Origin: the human T2T-CHM13v2.0 reference genome, Homo sapiens
DNA length: 64,000 nt
Assembly: GCF_009914755.1 (NCBI RefSeq)
Contig: NC_060926.1
Strand: one strand, 5' to 3'
Shown: positions 1-12,845 of the stretch, piece after piece
Numbering within the stretch: the first letter of the stretch is position 1
How the letters are laid out: the number at the start of each line of letters is the position of its first letter
Program-made: the position numbers and the translations under genes
Notes under the pieces: generated by a model
What the model was told of the DNA's origin: nothing
The model's input: the letters and a program-made list of their open reading frames with translations, nothing else
The model's database searches: none

Positions 1-840
1 GAAGTGTTAGGGGGTGTGTATGTGTGTGTGTGTGTGTAGAACTCTTAACATGGGATTTACCCTCTTAATAAATCTTTAAGTGCACAAGACAGTATTGTAA
101 AGTATAGACACTATGTTGTACAGCTGATCTCTATAATTTAGTATGTGGATTTTCTGAAACCTTATACACATTGAATAACACCTCATTTTTCCCTTCTCCT
201 TGTTGCTCTCAACCACCATTCTAGTTGCTGCTTCTATGTGTTTGACTATTTTAGATACCTCATATATTGTAAGTGGGATCACAGACATTTCTCTAAAGAA
301 GACTTTCAAATAGCCAATGGGTGTACAAAAAGGTGCTCAGCATCACTATCAGGAAAATGCACATCAAAACAACGATGAAATATTATCTCATACCTGCTGG
401 AATGCCTATTATCAAAAAACAAAAGATAAATGTTTGCAAGGATGTATAGAAACTGAAAGCCCTGTACACTGCTGGTGGAAATGAAAACTGGTGCAGCTGT
501 TATGAAAAACAGAATAGCAGTTACTCAAAAAAGTGAATGTAGAGTTACCATATTAACTAGCAACCCCACTTCTACGTACATATCCAAAATTATTGAAATC
601 AGGATGTCAAAGGAGTATCTGCCATGTGTAATAAACTCCCATGTTTATTGCATCACTATTCACAAAAGTAAGATATGGAAACAACCTAAATATCCATCAA
701 TGGATAAATGGATAAAGAAAATGTGGCATATACACTTTATGGAATATGATTTAGCATTAAAAGCAAAGGTAGCCCTGTTATATTTGACAGCATGGCTGAA
801 CCTGGAGTACATTATGCCAAGTAAAACAAGCTAGTCATAT
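1..840 (-). mobile_element. Old L1 (L1MA/L1MB-type) 3' portion with inverted 5' segment; continues off the left edge
   Basis: About 1-282 reads as L1MA-type 3'UTR on minus, including the (CA)n tract typical of it. About 283-840 reads as the end of L1 ORF2 on plus (ORF 475..834 has WKQPKYPSMDKWIKKMWHI). Confidence 0.8.
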
Positions 841-2460
841 GCATTGTTTATGATAAGAAATCTGTGATAATTCTTGTATTTGCCCTCTGTAGATAACACA
901 TCTTTTTTCCTTTGGCTTATTTTTTCTTTATTGCTGGTCTTCAACCATTTGATTAAGATATACTTTGGGGTAGTTCTATTACTTTTATTTTGTCAGAGGT
1001 CATTGAGCTTCTTGAATCTGCGAGTTTATAGTTTTTGAAAATTTAGATATTTTTAGCCATTGGTTCTTCAAATATGTGTTCTGCCTCCCTCCTTTCTATT
1101 CCTTTCCCGAGACTTCAATTACATATATCTATGAGTAATTGACAGTACCCAGTTACTTGATGGTCTGTTTATTTATTTTGGTATTTTTATAGCCTCTCCA
1201 TAATTTATTTTCAATATTTTCCATTGCTATGTCTTCAAGTTCACTAATATTTTATTATGCAATATTTAATTTGCTGTCAGTCCCAACCAGTGTATTTTTC
1301 ATGTCATATGTTGTAGTTTTATCTCTAGAATTTTCTATTTTTTCTCCCATTACTCTCTTTCTTGTGCTCATGGCTTTCCTCTGCCACCTACAAAATTAAG
1401 ATATATTTATAATACAGGCGTACCTCTGAGATATTGCAGCTTCAATTCAAGACCACTGCAATAAAGTGAATGTTGCAAGTCACATAATTTGATGGTTTCC
1501 CAGTTCATATAAAAGTTACCTTTACACCATACTGTCAGCTATTTTTATGCAATTATGCCAGAAAAAACATATCTTAATTTAAGAGTATCTATTGCTAAAA
1601 AATGCAGACGCAGAGATCCAAAGTGACCACATGCTCTTGGGAAAATGGAGCTGATACTAGCTCGATGCAGGGTTGCCTCAAACCTTCAATCTGTGAAAAA
1701 TGCACTATCTGTGAAGTGCAGTAGAGCAAAGTGCAATAAACCAAGGTATGCCTGTAAATGTCTTGAAACTATGAAGACATTATAATAATTTTTTCAATGT
1801 CTTGGAGTGTTTTTCCTATTCCTTTTCAGGAAATTTCTCAGGCCTTATGTAGTTTTCAGTTTTCCATATTCATGTGCAGATTATAACTCAGCCAAAGACT
1901 TGGAAAGTCTTTCTGTACATCTCCAAAATTCTCTTTTTGCTTCCAGAGCTTTGCTCCTTTCACAAGGAACTCCCCCTGAAACTCCAATTTAAGTTATATT
2001 AGTCTTTTTTAGTTCTGCTCTGTATGTCTTAAACAATTTTCTACATTTTCCACCTTTTTTATTTGCAATTGAATTTGCATATTTTCTAATGTCTTGTATT
2101 ACATTTCACAAATGTTGCCATAATATGTATTAAATTACCTGAAAATTTCTTAATACAGATATTCTTCTCTAGAATTCCGTTTGATTATTTTCTGTGGAAA
2201 ACAAACAAAAAAACAAACAAACACACACAACTCTATTTTTCCTTCTATGTTTCCAGCTTTTTCTCTAATTCTTGAACATATTAAATGAAGTGATTTTAAA
2301 ACCTTCCTCAGCCAACACCAATATCTGAATCACCTGTATATCTGTTACAATTGTTTGTTTTATCTCCTGATTTTCAGTCATGTAGCCCTTTCTTTTACAA
2401 GAATAAGTTTTGTTTCATTTTTTAATTGAATAACAAACAGTGTGTACAAATAATTGTAAA
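841..2460 (-). mobile_element. Highly degraded ancient L1M (ORF1/5' region) fragments, interrupted by a Tigger1 derivative
   Basis: T-rich sequence with L1M minus-strand motifs such as cattgagcttcttgaatctg, gtcttcaagttcactaat and gagacttcaattaca. Boundaries approximate. Confidence 0.55.
1415..1754. mobile_element. Internally deleted Tigger1 (TcMar) DNA transposon
   Basis: Termini CAGGCGTACCTC and CCAAGGTATGCCTG are inverted repeats. TA is duplicated at 1413-14 and 1755-56. Both ends match recalled Tigger1 termini. Confidence 0.85.
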
Positions 2461-2470
2461 AGCTCTAGAA

Positions 2471-2680
2471 CAGGGTCAGAAAATCTTATTTTGTGAATTC
2501 ACCAGATAGTAAATACCTTAGGCTTTGTAGGCCACATAGTCCCTTTCTCATATTTTTCTTTGCTTTTTTTTTTCCTTTTTTAAACTAACTTTTAACATGT
2601 AAAGAATGTTTTAGCTTGAGTATTGTATAAAAGCAGGTCATGGCTCATTTGGCTCAAAGGCCATAGTTTTTCAAGCCTTG
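2471..2680. mobile_element. MER58-like hAT-Charlie MITE
   Basis: cagggtcag...ccagatagtaaataccttaggctttgtaggccac...ggccatagtt...ccttg. 8-bp TSD ctctagaa (2463-70) / ctctagag (2681-88). Confidence 0.75.
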
Positions 2681-2688
2681 CTCTAGAG

Positions 2689-2908
2689 CAAGCTTGTCCA
2701 ACCCATGGCCCAGGGGTCGCATGCAGCCCAGGACAGCTTTGAATGTGGCCCAGCACAAATCATAAACTTTCTTTAAATGTTATAAGATGTGTCTTGCAAT
2801 TTTTTTTTAGCTCATCAGCTATCATTAGCTTTAGTGTATTTTATGTGTGGTCCAAGACAATTCTTCTTCCAATGTGGCCTAGGGAAGCCAAAAGATTGGA
2901 CACCTCTG
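2689..2908 (-). mobile_element. MER30 hAT-Charlie MITE
   Basis: caagcttgtccaaccc...gggaagccaaaagattggacacctctg is the reverse complement of the recalled MER30 consensus. Flanked by ctctagag / cctagag. Confidence 0.85.
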
Positions 2909-2966
2909 CCTAGAGAGTCTTATCTTCTATTATAGAGGATTTGCCCTTCCTTCTAGTTGGCAGTTA

Positions 2967-3289
2967 TAGTTGTCCCTCAATATCCATGGATACCATGAAT
3001 ACCAATGTTCGTGGGTGCTCAAGTCCTTTATATAAAACGGTGTAGTCTTTGCATATAACCTATGTACATCCTTCTGTATACTTTAAATCACCTCTAGATT
3101 AGTTATAATACCTAATACAGTGCCTACACATTACTTCATTTGCATGGATTCAGTGTACTACTGAAGTTTTGCTTCAAATTTTCAAGTTTTGCTTTTTGGA
3201 ACACTGTGGAGCTTCTTTTTCTGAATATTTTTGATCTGCAGATGGTTGAATTCACTAATGCAGAACCCATGTGTACTGAGGGCCATGTG
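2967..3289. mobile_element. MER2/MER2B-like Tigger MITE
   Basis: agttgtccctcaatatccatgg...gctcaagtcctttatataaaacggtgtag...ggttgaattcactaatgcagaacccatg...gagggcca; preceded by TA. Confidence 0.75.
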
Positions 3290-4829
3290 CAGTGGTGGTT
3301 GGACACCTTAATATAAGCAGGGACTGTGCTGAGTTGAACCCCTATAAGGCTCTAGCTCTGCTTTAAGCATGACCCTCCAGCATTTTTCATCACAAATATA
3401 GCATAATCTGCTGATCCCTCCCTCTAGTGTGTCCCACACTCTAATCTTTGTCTTATCAGAATTCCAGAATTTCCACTTTGCTTTCCAGAAGCTTTGTGTT
3501 CAGATTTTTAGTCTTCCACCCATGCAGCTCCAGTGTTTGGAAAAATTGAGAAGGAAACTGACCGTGTGCATGAAGTCTCCCAAGCCCCTGCTGCCCCGAC
3601 CCCGACCCTCTCCTACCACAGAAACACAAGGATTCTCACTAAGCTTTAACCTAGATTCTGTTTCTTGCCCATGCGCAGAATTGGCATATACCCCTGGGAT
3701 AAGCACACAAAAGCCAGCTAACCTCTCTAGGTTTATTTCATTTTTGTCATCTTAGCCTTTCTACTTTTATTTTTCAGTACTTGTATAATGCTCCACTTCC
3801 TTCAGACAGATGATTTCTATATTTCACTCGGCTTTCTTAGTTTTTCTGAGGAGTGCTGCTCTTCCATGAGTTACCCTATCCCACTGAATGCAGACTTTTG
3901 AAAAAATGGTTTAATATTTTTTAAAAAATCATACACTTAACCTTGCACAATCTGACCTCAGCCTACATTCCAATCATGTCTCAACTACCTACATGCCTGA
4001 ACTGTCCTCAGTGACCCAGTCCCAACTTGCTGAATGCTCCAAACACTCTCTCAAGGTTCTTGCTGGAATTCCTTCATTCTACCTCTCTGAACTTCTGCTT
4101 GTAGAAGTAAAATCTACTTAACTCTTATCCATAGTCATGTGCTCCTTGAAGTTAGGGCCCAAGTCTTCCTTGTATTTGGATCCCTCCAATGTCTCTTAGG
4201 TGAGGGCTTAACATATACCAAGAAGCCGATAAATATTTGATCTTCATTCAGTAGCCTTTATTTAGTATTTTTGGCAATCTTTGTCCTCTCTTTCTATGAC
4301 TTCCTAATCTAACAATGCCCAGTTCCAGATAAGTATTTTATTAGTTAAGTTTTTTCTTAGTGACAGCATCAAATTCTGAGCTCACTGAACTTCAGGTCAG
4401 CCACATGGAACCAGATAAACAGAAAATCCTGTATCTATATGCTGAACAGGATAGTGAAATTGAAATCTTTATTTTTCATGTATTGTAAATTTAACATCTG
4501 AAAATAGTTTGGAATTTAACATTGAGATACATTGTTATTTAAAATGGCCATAGTAGCTCAAATGGCTGTTTCTTATCAGACAATAAAAATAGACTTTCTT
4601 TTCATTTTTATTTGTTCTTTTCTTTTATGAGTTTTTGTTATAGAGGCAGACAATATGTCTGTTGGTGGAAAGTTGGCCGTAAGACTTTTTCAAGATTTGA
4701 CTTGGAGCATACCAGGCTCAAGGAAAGTTGTTTTATCCATACCATGACTTTGGCATTTTTTTTAAGGAACAAATTCATCTTGACACCCTTTTGTTAACTT
4801 AGAAGGAAAAAACCTTAAGGAAACAACAT

Positions 4830-5070
4830 GTAATACTAACAACTATTGCTTCTTGAGAGTTTATCTGTTGACATCTTTATACTAAGCATTTGTCCACATT
4901 ATATTTCATTTAAAATTCACAGCAATATCATTTACATACTATTATCACTGATATTTTATAACTCAGGCTGAGATTAAGTAGTTTTCCCAATAGCAAACCT
5001 CTAGCAAGTGTCAGGACAACAGTTTTACCAAAATTTATCTCAATCCCAAAGCCCGTACACATAATATTAA
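4830..5070 (-). mobile_element. MIR SINE (degraded)
   Basis: MIR-like motifs ctaagcatttg...catttaaaattcacagcaa...aggctgagattaagtagttttccca...cccaaagccc. Confidence 0.55.
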
Positions 5071-8019
5071 GGGTTATTAGCACTCTCCTAAGACTTGGAA
5101 AGTCAATAAAATTACTTCCTAGGGTAGGAGTCAGAGTCAAACTGAAATAATATAGTGTGAACATATGTGACATAAAGTTTTAAACTGGGTTGGTTAAACA
5201 GAATATAAATTAGTCTTGACTATAAAACTGATGTGAATGGCAGCGTTTTACACAGAAAAGTTAATGAATTAACAAAGTTAAAACATTTTCCTGCAAACAT
5301 CTACACCAAAAAAATGCGTTATTAAAAAGTAATATGAGTTACAAATATAAGAAAAGCCTAAGATGTATATACTATTATGGTTCCGACACGCCGGAACAAG
5401 CCTGCCAAGACACCTGGGAAGGACTGCGGTCAGATGCCTATTTTCCTTGAAAGCTAAACTTACCTTATGGGAGCAAACTCGTAGGAGAAGGTTGGTCTCA
5501 TGTGAATGCTTTTATTTTCTGAACGTAAAGGCAATTCAGAACATAGGGTGGGGTCTGTCACACAGATTTAACTCCTTGGCCACTTCCTCACCTCTTCCTG
5601 TTTGTTAGTAAAAATTTTAATAGCTATTAAACTATGTATGGCAGCAAACCAAAACATGAGAACTATGAAAACGGGGAAAGTATTATGGACCCTACTTCTT
5701 CTGGAAGCTGGCAGACCTTCTGTGCCAGGGCAGCTCTTGAGAATGCAGCACATGGCTGTTGCCAGGCTCTGGTAACAGTGGTGGCTCTCATGAGAAGATG
5801 AACCATTTGCCATTCTCAGAGGACATAAGGTCCACAGATGGAGGAATCAAGACCGTAGAGGGGAAACACCCAGCAGCTAGCATCACCCTACAGGTGGGGA
5901 GATAACCTTGCTCATAAATATTTGTGAGACACTGTACTGAGAAATAATTAGCAGGAACTTAGCAGCAGACTCTGGTATGCCAAACATAAAGCACAGTGTT
6001 AAAAATAATGATCATTTAATACAGCAGCACAATGGAATAAATATTTTAAAATATATAATATAAGCATATGCCATATGAAGTTATATGTATGTTTATGTAA
6101 TAGAGTGTGTGTGTGGTATGATTGTGTCTGTGTATGTGTGAATACAAACATACATACATGCTGTCCTGTATACAGAAAGTAACATTTTGCCTCTCTGGAA
6201 ATTGTTTTCTATATGGAATATTTTATGGGAGGGTATATATAGAAAACAGTGATTTATTCTCTATATGTATAATACCAAGCAAAAATTTTAACCATATCAA
6301 GTTAGTATAATAGCTATGTAATTCTTGACTGGATTGTCCTTTCTCCACCTTCTGCCTGACTGACTGGACTTTTTCTTCATGTAATAATGTGGCCTTCTCC
6401 ACTCTATATACTAGGTCAAACCCCTTGATCCGCTGGTGTTCTGATTTTCTTTGTCATAGCAATGATTACACTTCCCTTATATGGCAAGATCTGTATCATA
6501 TTATTCAACACATATAGAGTAATTATATATACGTCTATATCCTCAACCCCAGCAGTGTGTCAGGCACTCAATAAATACTTCATTTGAACTCTATGTTCTC
6601 TCAAATCAAAAGCTTCCCTTAGAGAAATATTCAACAATGACTTGTACATGAACCTGGCTATTGAGTCACCTTTCCAATCAGTATTTACTATGGGAACTTT
6701 ATTGTTTATATAAAAATGTTTAAGTTTACATTAGATTTTGCTAACATACAAAGCTGATAGGAAACATTTGCAGGACTGAAGAGACCATTCCCTAGCCTCC
6801 AAAATCAAACCATACAGAAGGCCGCATATTTTGCATAAAGTGTATAAAACATTTCACAGTATAACTTTAAACACAAATTCTTTGAAACATTCTGCATATT
6901 CCAGTTTATCCTACTGATTAACCAAAAAGAAAACGATAAAAGTAAAATTTTGAAACAACTATGATACAACCATGATAGGTTTAGTGAGCTAAAACAATTA
7001 TTATATGTTAATTATTAAATATTCATTGAAAATGAATTAAAGGCTGTTACAACATTTTATTTTAAACACATTTCAAATGATCATTAATGTGAGCTTTACA
7101 GATTTGAATTATTGTTTCAAAAATGATTTATCTTTTTCTCTGGATCATCTTTAATTATCTTTCATACTCGACTTTTAATCCTTAAGTTTTTTCTATCCTA
7201 TAATTTCTCTAGCAAGTAATTACTTGGTAAAGCAATATTTACAAGTCCTAAAGAAGACATCAGTTTTTTAAGTTTAAGGAAAGTTTCTTTGTAATATAAA
7301 TAACAATGACTTGTTTTGTACTTTTTTAAATAGTAAAAATACTGTTAAATAAACTTTTATTCATATAGCATCGTTGTTTCTGTTTTGTAAGAAAATCCTA
7401 TGGTACACTTCTTGGTACTCATCTGTTCAATCTATTTCAGTGGGTCTGTCACTTAACTTTACTTCAGCCTTTGTCTTGAGCTTTGAAGTCCTGACAACTA
7501 GATACCAGTGTCATTATATTCATTATTTAGTTTCTCATTAAGATTCAGTCCTTCCTTTCTAGCAAATGTCTACCTGTCTAAACCTACTGGTGTAATTAGA
7601 GGCTTGAATAAGGAACAAATAGATAAATTAAATTTAGAAAGGATTTCCTTTGTATGTATCAGTCGAAATATCCCATTTCTCACAAATATGAAATACTTTG
7701 ATGTATATGGGGCCCTAACTAGAGGGGCCAGTTTTCTCTTTTATATTTCCGAAACTAAATAATGTCTTTCATGCTAAGCAGGAAAAAACATAAAAGCTGA
7801 AACAGTAAATGTCTGAGATTTGGAACCTCATCTTTGATTGTCAAAGCAAGTCTTAAGTTTTTAATTGCATAGTTCAGCTTAGAATTTTTAAAATAATTTC
7901 TTCACTTCAAGCTTGCATGTAGCCATTTAGTTAACAACATCATTCTCTCTTCTCAGGAATATTTCTTTGATACTCCATGAGACACTATTATACCCATTGC
8001 ATAAATTTGAGATAGTATT

Positions 8020-8250
8020 AAGTAGTATGGGAGAAAAAACTTTAGAGTCATGTAAATCTGAATTTCCACACTGGTTTCATCATTCTCTAGAAAGATGAAC
8101 TTTGTGGCAAGTCACTGATATTTCTCAGTCTCAGTTTCCTTATTCATAAATCTGACTTAGCAATACTTACAATGTTTCAAGGTTTAAGGATAAATATGTA
8201 CAGTATATATGTATACATATACATATATTTAATTAATGCTAATTATTATT
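8020..8250 (+). mobile_element. MIR SINE
   Basis: ctttagagtcatgtaaatctgaattt...ggcaagtcactgatatttctcagtctcagtttccttattcataaa matches the MIR core. Confidence 0.65.
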
Positions 8251-8365
8251 GTGTCTATCTTCAAACATTGATTCAATCATTTTACTTTTCCATGCCTAGT
8301 CATTTCTCTGACTTTTTAAAATACTTGAAAACCAGAATCCTCTTATTTGTAATATTCAGGAATGA

Positions 8366-8983
<618 letters not shown>

Positions 8984-9618
8984 TGAGAATTATCTTCAAG
9001 CTTGTTCTGAGCTTTAGCATCTATAGTTTATTTGGATGTGTATGTATGGATTTACTCAACATAAATCTCATTAATCATTTTTGTATCCCTAGCACCTAGA
9101 ACACTGCCTGGTCTCTAGTGGTATTACATTTTTGGTTTTTTGTTTTGTTTTGTTTTGTTTTTTCAAAAAGAAGGAAAAAGCAAAAAGGCAGGGAAAAAGC
9201 ATGACACGGAGAGATAGAGGGAGGTGAAGAAGAAAGGGAGAGAGGAAGTGGTATTTAGAAATGTGGCATAAAAGGCTATTGCCTATTTAGTAGAACTTTT
9301 ACCCTGGGAAAACCATATCAAAGGAAAATGGGGTCGCCATTTGCTCTTTACAATTCAGCCCTTTTTCCTCACTTCTGGAACACTTTGCTCACATCAAGGC
9401 ACGTCATTTCTAAGAGTTTCACAGCTGCTTGATCAAGGTATTGTCATCATTTCTCAGCAATAGCCAATTTTATTAGATTGCTAAAGGTTTTGCGTCTTTG
9501 TCTCTTTGGATTTTATTTCTTCTGTCCATTCTTTTTAAAGCATTATAATTTATAGCCAGGACCAATATTTATAAGAGATTTAAGAATTCTGTTGTCTCTT
9601 TTAGTAATACTTGTCTTT

Positions 9619-9931
9619 TTTAGTTTCGCTCTTGTCACCCAGGCTGGAGGGCAATGGCGTGATCTCCGCTCACTGCAACCTCTGCCTCCCAGTTTCAAGT
9701 GATTCTCTTGCCTCAGCCTACTGAGTAACTGGGATTACAGGCACCTGCCACCATGCCCAGCTAATTTTTTTTTTTTTTTTGTATTTTTAGTATTGATGGG
9801 GTTTCGCCATGTTGGCCAGGTGGGTTTCGCCATGTTGGCCAGGCTTGTCTCGAACTTCTGGTCTCAAGTGATCCGCTCGCCTCGGCCTCCCAAAGTGATG
9901 GAATTACAAGCGTGAGCCACCCCTCCAAGCC
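9619..9931 (-). mobile_element. AluS (Sq/Sp-like) with internal 23-bp tandem duplication
   Basis: Diagnostics agtttcgctcttgt and gcaatggcg. TSD aatacttgtcttt (9606-18) / aagacttgtcttt (9932-44). Confidence 0.9.
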
Positions 9932-10784
9932 AAGACTTGTCTTTCAACAAGAACTAATGAGCACTCAGTTTGCAGAATAGGCAGTTTTTTACAGGAGTTT
10001 TCTTCAGAGGAAAATGGGTTCCTGGAGTACAAACTTCATAATATGCAGAGGATGGTATCATGAGAGTGGGCAACAGATGTTTACTGATTATGAAAAAAAA
10101 AGTGTTTCACTTCTCTAGCTTCTATTTTTTTCTAAAATGTAAATGATCTTAAATTGTTAGGTGTTCAAATGATAAATAAAAGTTAAGGTAGCATTTCCAA
10201 AGAAATATAGAAGCAATTTATATGGCATCCAGGCAATTTCTGTCTTAGACTATACTCAATCTTTTATTTCAATGCTAATACATCAAGCTTAAAATCTTTC
10301 ACTTACTGTTGAAGGTAAAACAACACCATGGAGGGAGGTGAGTAAATTGTCATAAAACACATACTGAACTTTCAGAAAATATTGTCTATTATTTGTAAGA
10401 GAAAACTCATAGAGGATAAGAAAATGAACTTGCAAAATGATTCAAGAAATAATAGACAGCTGATACACAGAAAAATAAATGCAAAGTGGAGAGGGAAGAG
10501 ATTTTATTAAAGATGAAGGAGGTCCATATATTCTTCCTTAATTACAGTTATAAGCTTTAGAGACATTCTTTCTTTGCTTTTTGGCAGTCATTTGTTAGAC
10601 TTCAGACTGACTGGTCTATGTGAATTGATTGTATGTTCAAATTGTGAAAATTATTTTTGAAGTGGAAGATCCCCTGTGTTCATAAGCATTGATTATCTAC
10701 TTTTGCAGGGAAAAGGGATGTTAAGAAAATGTATTTTCATGTTAAGGTAGCAGCTACTATGGTTAGTTATTTATGTATTTATTT

Positions 10785-11108
10785 ATTTGGTTTTGGGGGG
10801 ATTTTGAGACAGGGTCTCACTCGGTCTCTTAGGTCGGAGTGCAGTGGGGCAATCTCGGCTCACTGCAAACTCTGCCACCAGGTTCAAGCGATTCTCCTGA
10901 CTCAGCCACCCGAATACCTCAGGTTACAGGCACATGCCCCCCTACTTGGCTCATTTTTGTGTGTTTTTTTGTTTGTTTGTTTGTTTTTGTAGAGATGGGG
11001 TCTCGCTATGTTGCCCAGGCTGCTCACAAACTCCTGAGCTCAAAGCAATCAGCCCACCTCAGCCTCCCAAAGTGCTGGGATTACAGGCGTGAGCCACCAC
11101 GCCTGGCA
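10785..11108 (-). mobile_element. AluJ
   Basis: Full dimeric Alu on minus (ctcctgagctcaaagcaatc diagnostic). TSD atgtatttattt (10773-84 / 11109-20). Confidence 0.9.
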
Positions 11109-11137
11109 ATGTATTTATTTTCATTTTGCTTTCATAG

Positions 11138-11204
11138 ATTATTTGGGGAGAAAAAGATTATTATTCACTGAAGGAAAATTTTGGTGACATGAATGGGTAT
11201 TCAG
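11138..11204 (+). other. Candidate 67-nt internal exon of an unidentified + strand transcript
   Basis: Acceptor ttttcattttgctttcatag| and donor CAG|gtgagc in non-repeat sequence. No recognisable protein. Confidence 0.35.
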
Positions 11205-12460
11205 GTGAGCTTTGTCAGATTACATTTTAAAGCTAGTATTACAATCATTTTAATGGAAGTATGTACTTATCTGATACTACCCTAATTGTAAGTCTTTCTT
11301 GGTGCCTATATCGAGTCATTTATTCAACAAATAATTTTTAAGAACCTATTATGTGGCAGCCGTTAGTTTAAGCACTGAAGATGGAGCAGTTAAAAAAAAA
11401 AGGCAAAATTCCCTCCATTTCACAGCTGATTTTCAAGTGGGAGAATGAATGAATAGAATTTCATAAATTCTATAAAGAAAGAATAATGAATGGAAGGGCA
11501 TAGGAACTGCAGAGATGGGTGGAAGATGGCAGTTTTAAAGAGCATAACCCAGGAAGGTCACTGAAACATCTGAGTAAAGAGCTGAAAGTCTTAAAGAAGT
11601 AAGTATGGACACCTGGGGAAAGTATGGTTCTACCATACAGAACAGCAAGTGCTAAGGCCTGAAGGCAGGATTATGTCTCAGGTGTCAGAGAAAAGACCTA
11701 TGGGCCATGTTAAGGGTTTGGCTTTTACCCAGAGTGACAAGGGAAGGTGTGAAAGATTTGGAGCAGAGAAGAAACATAACCAGTTTTAGGGTTTTATAGG
11801 ATACTTGACTGTGCTGTTGAAAATAGACTATTGGCGTATAGTATAGTTCGACGTTGGGTAATATGATGCCTCTGGCTTTTTTCTTTTTGCTTAGGATTGC
11901 TTCGGCTATTTGGGCTTTTGTTTTTGATTGCGTATGAATTTTAGAATAGTTTGTTTCTATTTCTTTGAAAAATGACGTTAGTAGTTTTATAGAAATAGCA
12001 TTGAATCTGTAGATTGCTTTGGGCAGTGTGGCCATTTCAATAATGTTGATTCTTCCAATCCATGAGCATGGAATGTTTATTCATTTGTCTGCGTCATCTA
12101 TAATTTCTTTCAGCAATATTTTATAGTTCTTCTAGAGATCTTTCACCTCCTCAGTTAGATGTATTCCTAGGTATTTTATTTGTGTGTGTAGCTATTGTAA
12201 ATGGGATTGCATTCTTGATTTAGCTCTCAGCTTGAATTTTTTTTGGTGTATAGAAATGCTGCAGATTTTTGTACATTGATACTGTATCCTGAAACTTCAC
12301 TGAAGCTTATCAGTTCAAGGACGCTTTTCAGTCTTTAGGGTTTTCTAATTTAGAATCATATTGTCAATGAGGAGAGATAGTTGGATTTTTCCTTTTCCTA
12401 TTTGTATGCCTTTTATTTCTTTCTCTTGCCTGCTTGCTCTGGATGGGACTTCCAGTACTA

Positions 12461-12845
12461 TTAGGTTGGTGCAAAAGTAATTGCGGTTTTTGCCTTTAAC
12501 GGCAAAAACTGGCCGGGAGTGGTGGCTCACGCCTGTAATCCCAGCACTTTGGGAGGCCGAGGTGGGCAGAACACGAGGTCAGGAGATCAAGACCATCCTG
12601 GCTAACATGGTGAAACCCTGTCTCTACTAAAATTACAAAAAATTAGCAAGGGCATGGTGGCGGGCGCCTGCAGTCCCAGCTACTTGGGAGGCTGAGGCAG
12701 GAGAATGGCATGAACCCTGGAGGTTGGAGCTTGCAGTGAGCCGAGATCGCGCCACTGCACTCCAGCCTGAGCGACACAGTGAGACTCCGTCTCAAAAAAA
12801 AAAAAAAAGGAATGGCAAAAATCACAATGACTTTTGCACCAACAA
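12461..12845. mobile_element. MADE1 (Hsmar1-derived mariner MITE), split by an AluY
   Basis: ttaggttggtgcaaaagtaattgcggtttttgcc ... ggcaaaaatcacaatgacttttgcaccaac are the two MADE1 inverted arms. TA duplicated at 12459-60 and 12846-47. Confidence 0.92.
12511..12810 (+). mobile_element. AluY
   Basis: Diagnostics accatcctggctaac, gagaatggcatgaaccc and ggagcttgcagtgagccgagatcgcg. A-tail. TSD aacggcaaaaa / aatggcaaaaa. Confidence 0.93.

Noticed and set aside
5380-5397. gttccg/cggaac mini-hairpin with CpGs and an ETS-like core
   Set aside because: A 6-bp stem is expected by chance in 64 kb.
7508-7762. 84-aa ORF in unique sequence
   Set aside because: No recognisable domain, GTG start and no convincing splice-site pair.
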